A stretch of DNA of 64,000 bases from Nitrososphaeria archaeon (GTDB taxonomy: Archaea; Thermoproteota; Nitrososphaeria; JACIWG01). Numbering within the stretch: the stretch's first letter is position 1; each line of letters begins with the position of its first letter. The position numbers and the translations under genes are program-made. Below are positions 61,862-64,000 of the stretch, in pieces. The DNA lies in assembly GCA_050011875.1 (NCBI GenBank), contig JBEKIG010000004.1:196028-260027 (forward strand), written 5' to 3'. The notes beneath the pieces were generated by a model. That model did not search any database. It was not told where the DNA came from and saw only the letters and a list, made by a program, of their open reading frames with translations.

Positions 61862-62142
61862 TACTCCTTCAAAACCTGATTAGTCTCCCTTAACACATAT
61901 TACCAGCTTTTTATAAGTTTATGACCTTTGTTCGCTGTATCAAATGCTATCCTATCTTTTCTTCTATAGTGGAAAATTCAAAAAGGGAGAAAAAGGCCAC
62001 AGCTTTTCTTAAGATATCTAATAGCATAGTAATACTTTTCTTTTGTTGTGGCTTTTGGTATGATGGAACTGAAGAAATCATATATAGGAGTATAGAATTC
62101 GCTAAACATTTAGCATGAGATTCTCCCTTACTTTTTTTCTCG

Positions 62143-63150
62143 CTACGCTACTTTATCTATCATGTCTGCCCTAACTTCGCAAGAAAGCTCCTTGCCAGCT
62201 AGGTAGTTCTTAAGCGCTCTTAACACCTGGTGGCCAAGTCTATAACATTCTTGGTTGATGCTCCCGGCAATATGGGGTGTGATAATGCAGTTTTGTAGTT
62301 TGTAAAATTCACTTTTTCTGGGAGGAGGTTCTTCGGTAAAAACATCGAGACAAGCATAAATGCGCCCAGTACGAAGTTCATCAACAAGTGCCTTTTCGTC
62401 TATTAAGTCTCCTCTAGAAGTGTTTATAAGCACTGCACCATCCTTCATTTTTGAAAGTAATTCACGATTTATCATGTTTCTGTTTTCAGGTATATTTGCT
62501 GCGTGCAAAGTAATTACATTACTTTCAGACATTAATTCTGAAAGTGAAACCTTTTTTGCTTTCATAGCAGCAGCTTTTTCTTCAGGGAAATATTTGGAAT
62601 ATATTAATATGTTGAAATCAAACGGTTGCAATAGGCTTAACAATTGTCTTCCTACTTTCCCCAAACCCACTATTCCAACAGTGCTTCTAAAGTAGGTGGG
62701 TATTGAATCACGGCTGAAGTATCACCTCCACGCATCAGGTCCTCTTTGATGCAATTCAGTATTCAATCTAAACACACATTTTAATGTGGTTAGGATAATT
62801 CCCAAAGTGAATTCCGCCACAGGGATAGCGTTAACGTTTGCTGCACTCGTTACCCTTATTCCTCTCTTCCAAACCTCGTCTGAAACGAGAGGTCGAAGGC
62901 TTCCTCCTGAGTATAAAATAATCTTAAGATTTGGTGCTTGGTCAAGGACCTCCTTTGTAAATTTTATAGGCTCCCAGCCAGCTATGCAACCTTCAACCTC
63001 TTTAAGGTTCTTTATGAGATCTTCGATTCTGTTCTCTTCCGTCACAGTGCCAACAATGTCCACAAGTTGTGATATTTCCCATTTTGTTTTTTCATCGAAA
63101 CAAAGATCAAAGACCTCCTTTCGCATGTTATAAGTAAACTTCGGCTCCAT
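62143..63150 (-). pseudogene. D-2-hydroxyacid dehydrogenase with one in-frame TGA
   Basis: Track ORFs 62722..63150 and 62143..62670 share one frame: GPDAWR*YFSRD...VGIVGLGKVG, INTSRG, TPHIAG. Confidence 0.88.
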
Positions 63151-63595
63151 CTGGTGTGTTCTATATTTGTCCCAGAAGGTTCTATTTATCTATTGTACTT
63201 TCTCTTAAGATTCTGAAATAATTTCACCGCTCTTCCTTTTTATTGTAGAAGAAAAACTAAGATTTTTTCTTTAACTAACTTATATCATCCATGGTTCAGT
63301 TACCAAACCGAAGAATTGAAGAAATGAAAATAACAGTATGGCTAAAATGTAGAAGATTAGTTGAACAAGTAAAGATCTCTCTAAACGAACTCCATATACG
63401 CTTGAGATGTATGTAACTCCTAGTATAAGGAATACCAGTTCCACATACTAGTACCAAGTGTATTCGAAAAAATCCCAAAGATAAGATGTACCATAAATAA
63501 AGTGGAAGAAACCTTTGTGTAGTCCGTCTTAAATTATTGGATTATTTATCAAGAGTTGGCTGATCAATGCAAGAATAAGTGAATAAGAATGGGCT

Positions 63596-64000
63596 TTATT
63601 CTTCTCCCATTCCGCCGCCGTATCCACCCATTCCGCCTGGCGGGGCGCCTGGCGGTCCACGCATACCACCTGGCGGTCCACCCCCTGTCTTGCTGGACGC
63701 TATGACATCATCTATCCTCAGAAGCATTGTCGCCGCTTCAGTGGCTGCTGAAAGAATCTCTTCTTTGACAGCCGTCGGCTCATAGACCCCAAAGTTCTTA
63801 ACATCCTCAACCTTTCCGACAAGTCCATTTATGCCAACAGTCTTTCCACCCTTACTATGCTTCGCTCTAAGCTCAACCAGCGTGTCTATCGGATTCATTC
63901 CAGCGTTTTCAGCCAGAGTCAAAGGTATGACTTCCATGGCCTCTGCAAACTTTTGAACTGCAAGCTGCACCCTTCCTGAGAGAGTTTGAGCAAATTCAAA
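63596..64000 (-). CDS. Thermosome (group II chaperonin) subunit, 3' end
   Basis: IPLTLAENAG and ATEAATMLLRIDDVI motifs; GGM-rich tail. Confidence 0.95.
   Translation of the reverse strand, partial: FEFAQTLSGRVQLAVQKFAEAMEVIPLTLAENAGMNPIDTLVELRAKHSKGGKTVGINGLVGKVEDVKNFGVYEPTAVKEEILSAATEAATMLLRIDDVIASSKTGGGPPGGMRGPPGAPPGGMGGYGGGMGEE

Noticed and set aside
63600-63690. GC-rich repeats (CCTGGCGGTCCAC) at the window end
   Set aside because: They encode the ordinary Gly/Pro/Met-rich chaperonin tail.

Overview
This is archaeal chromosomal DNA, inferred to be Thermoproteota and Bathyarchaeia-like from the thermosome, TBP paralog, XPB-Bax1, Lhr-phosphoesterase and tungsten AOR genes. Most of the window holds ordinary housekeeping and heterotrophic genes: a DUF58/transglutaminase operon, sugar and sugar-acid enzymes, and redox enzymes, with several pseudogenes. 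No rRNA, intact tRNA, CRISPR array, transposase or integrase was recognised. The notable signal is two AT-rich accessory islands, about 7.3-11 kb and 56.0-59.6 kb. Each carries a copy of the same ~215-nt non-coding, hairpin-rich element (about 92% identical by manual alignment), upstream of co-oriented minus-strand cargo genes, and the element shows a compensatory base pair pointing to a minus-strand structured RNA. Island 2 splits a host ICMT-family gene and carries a three-gene module ending in a retropepsin-like protease. Island 1 has a ~535-bp periodic unit of palindrome, ~204-nt structured repeat and small ORF, plus a decayed TBP paralog. Together these suggest, by inference only, an undescribed non-autonomous cargo element associated with structured RNA. 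All family calls are by eye from motifs; no searches were run.
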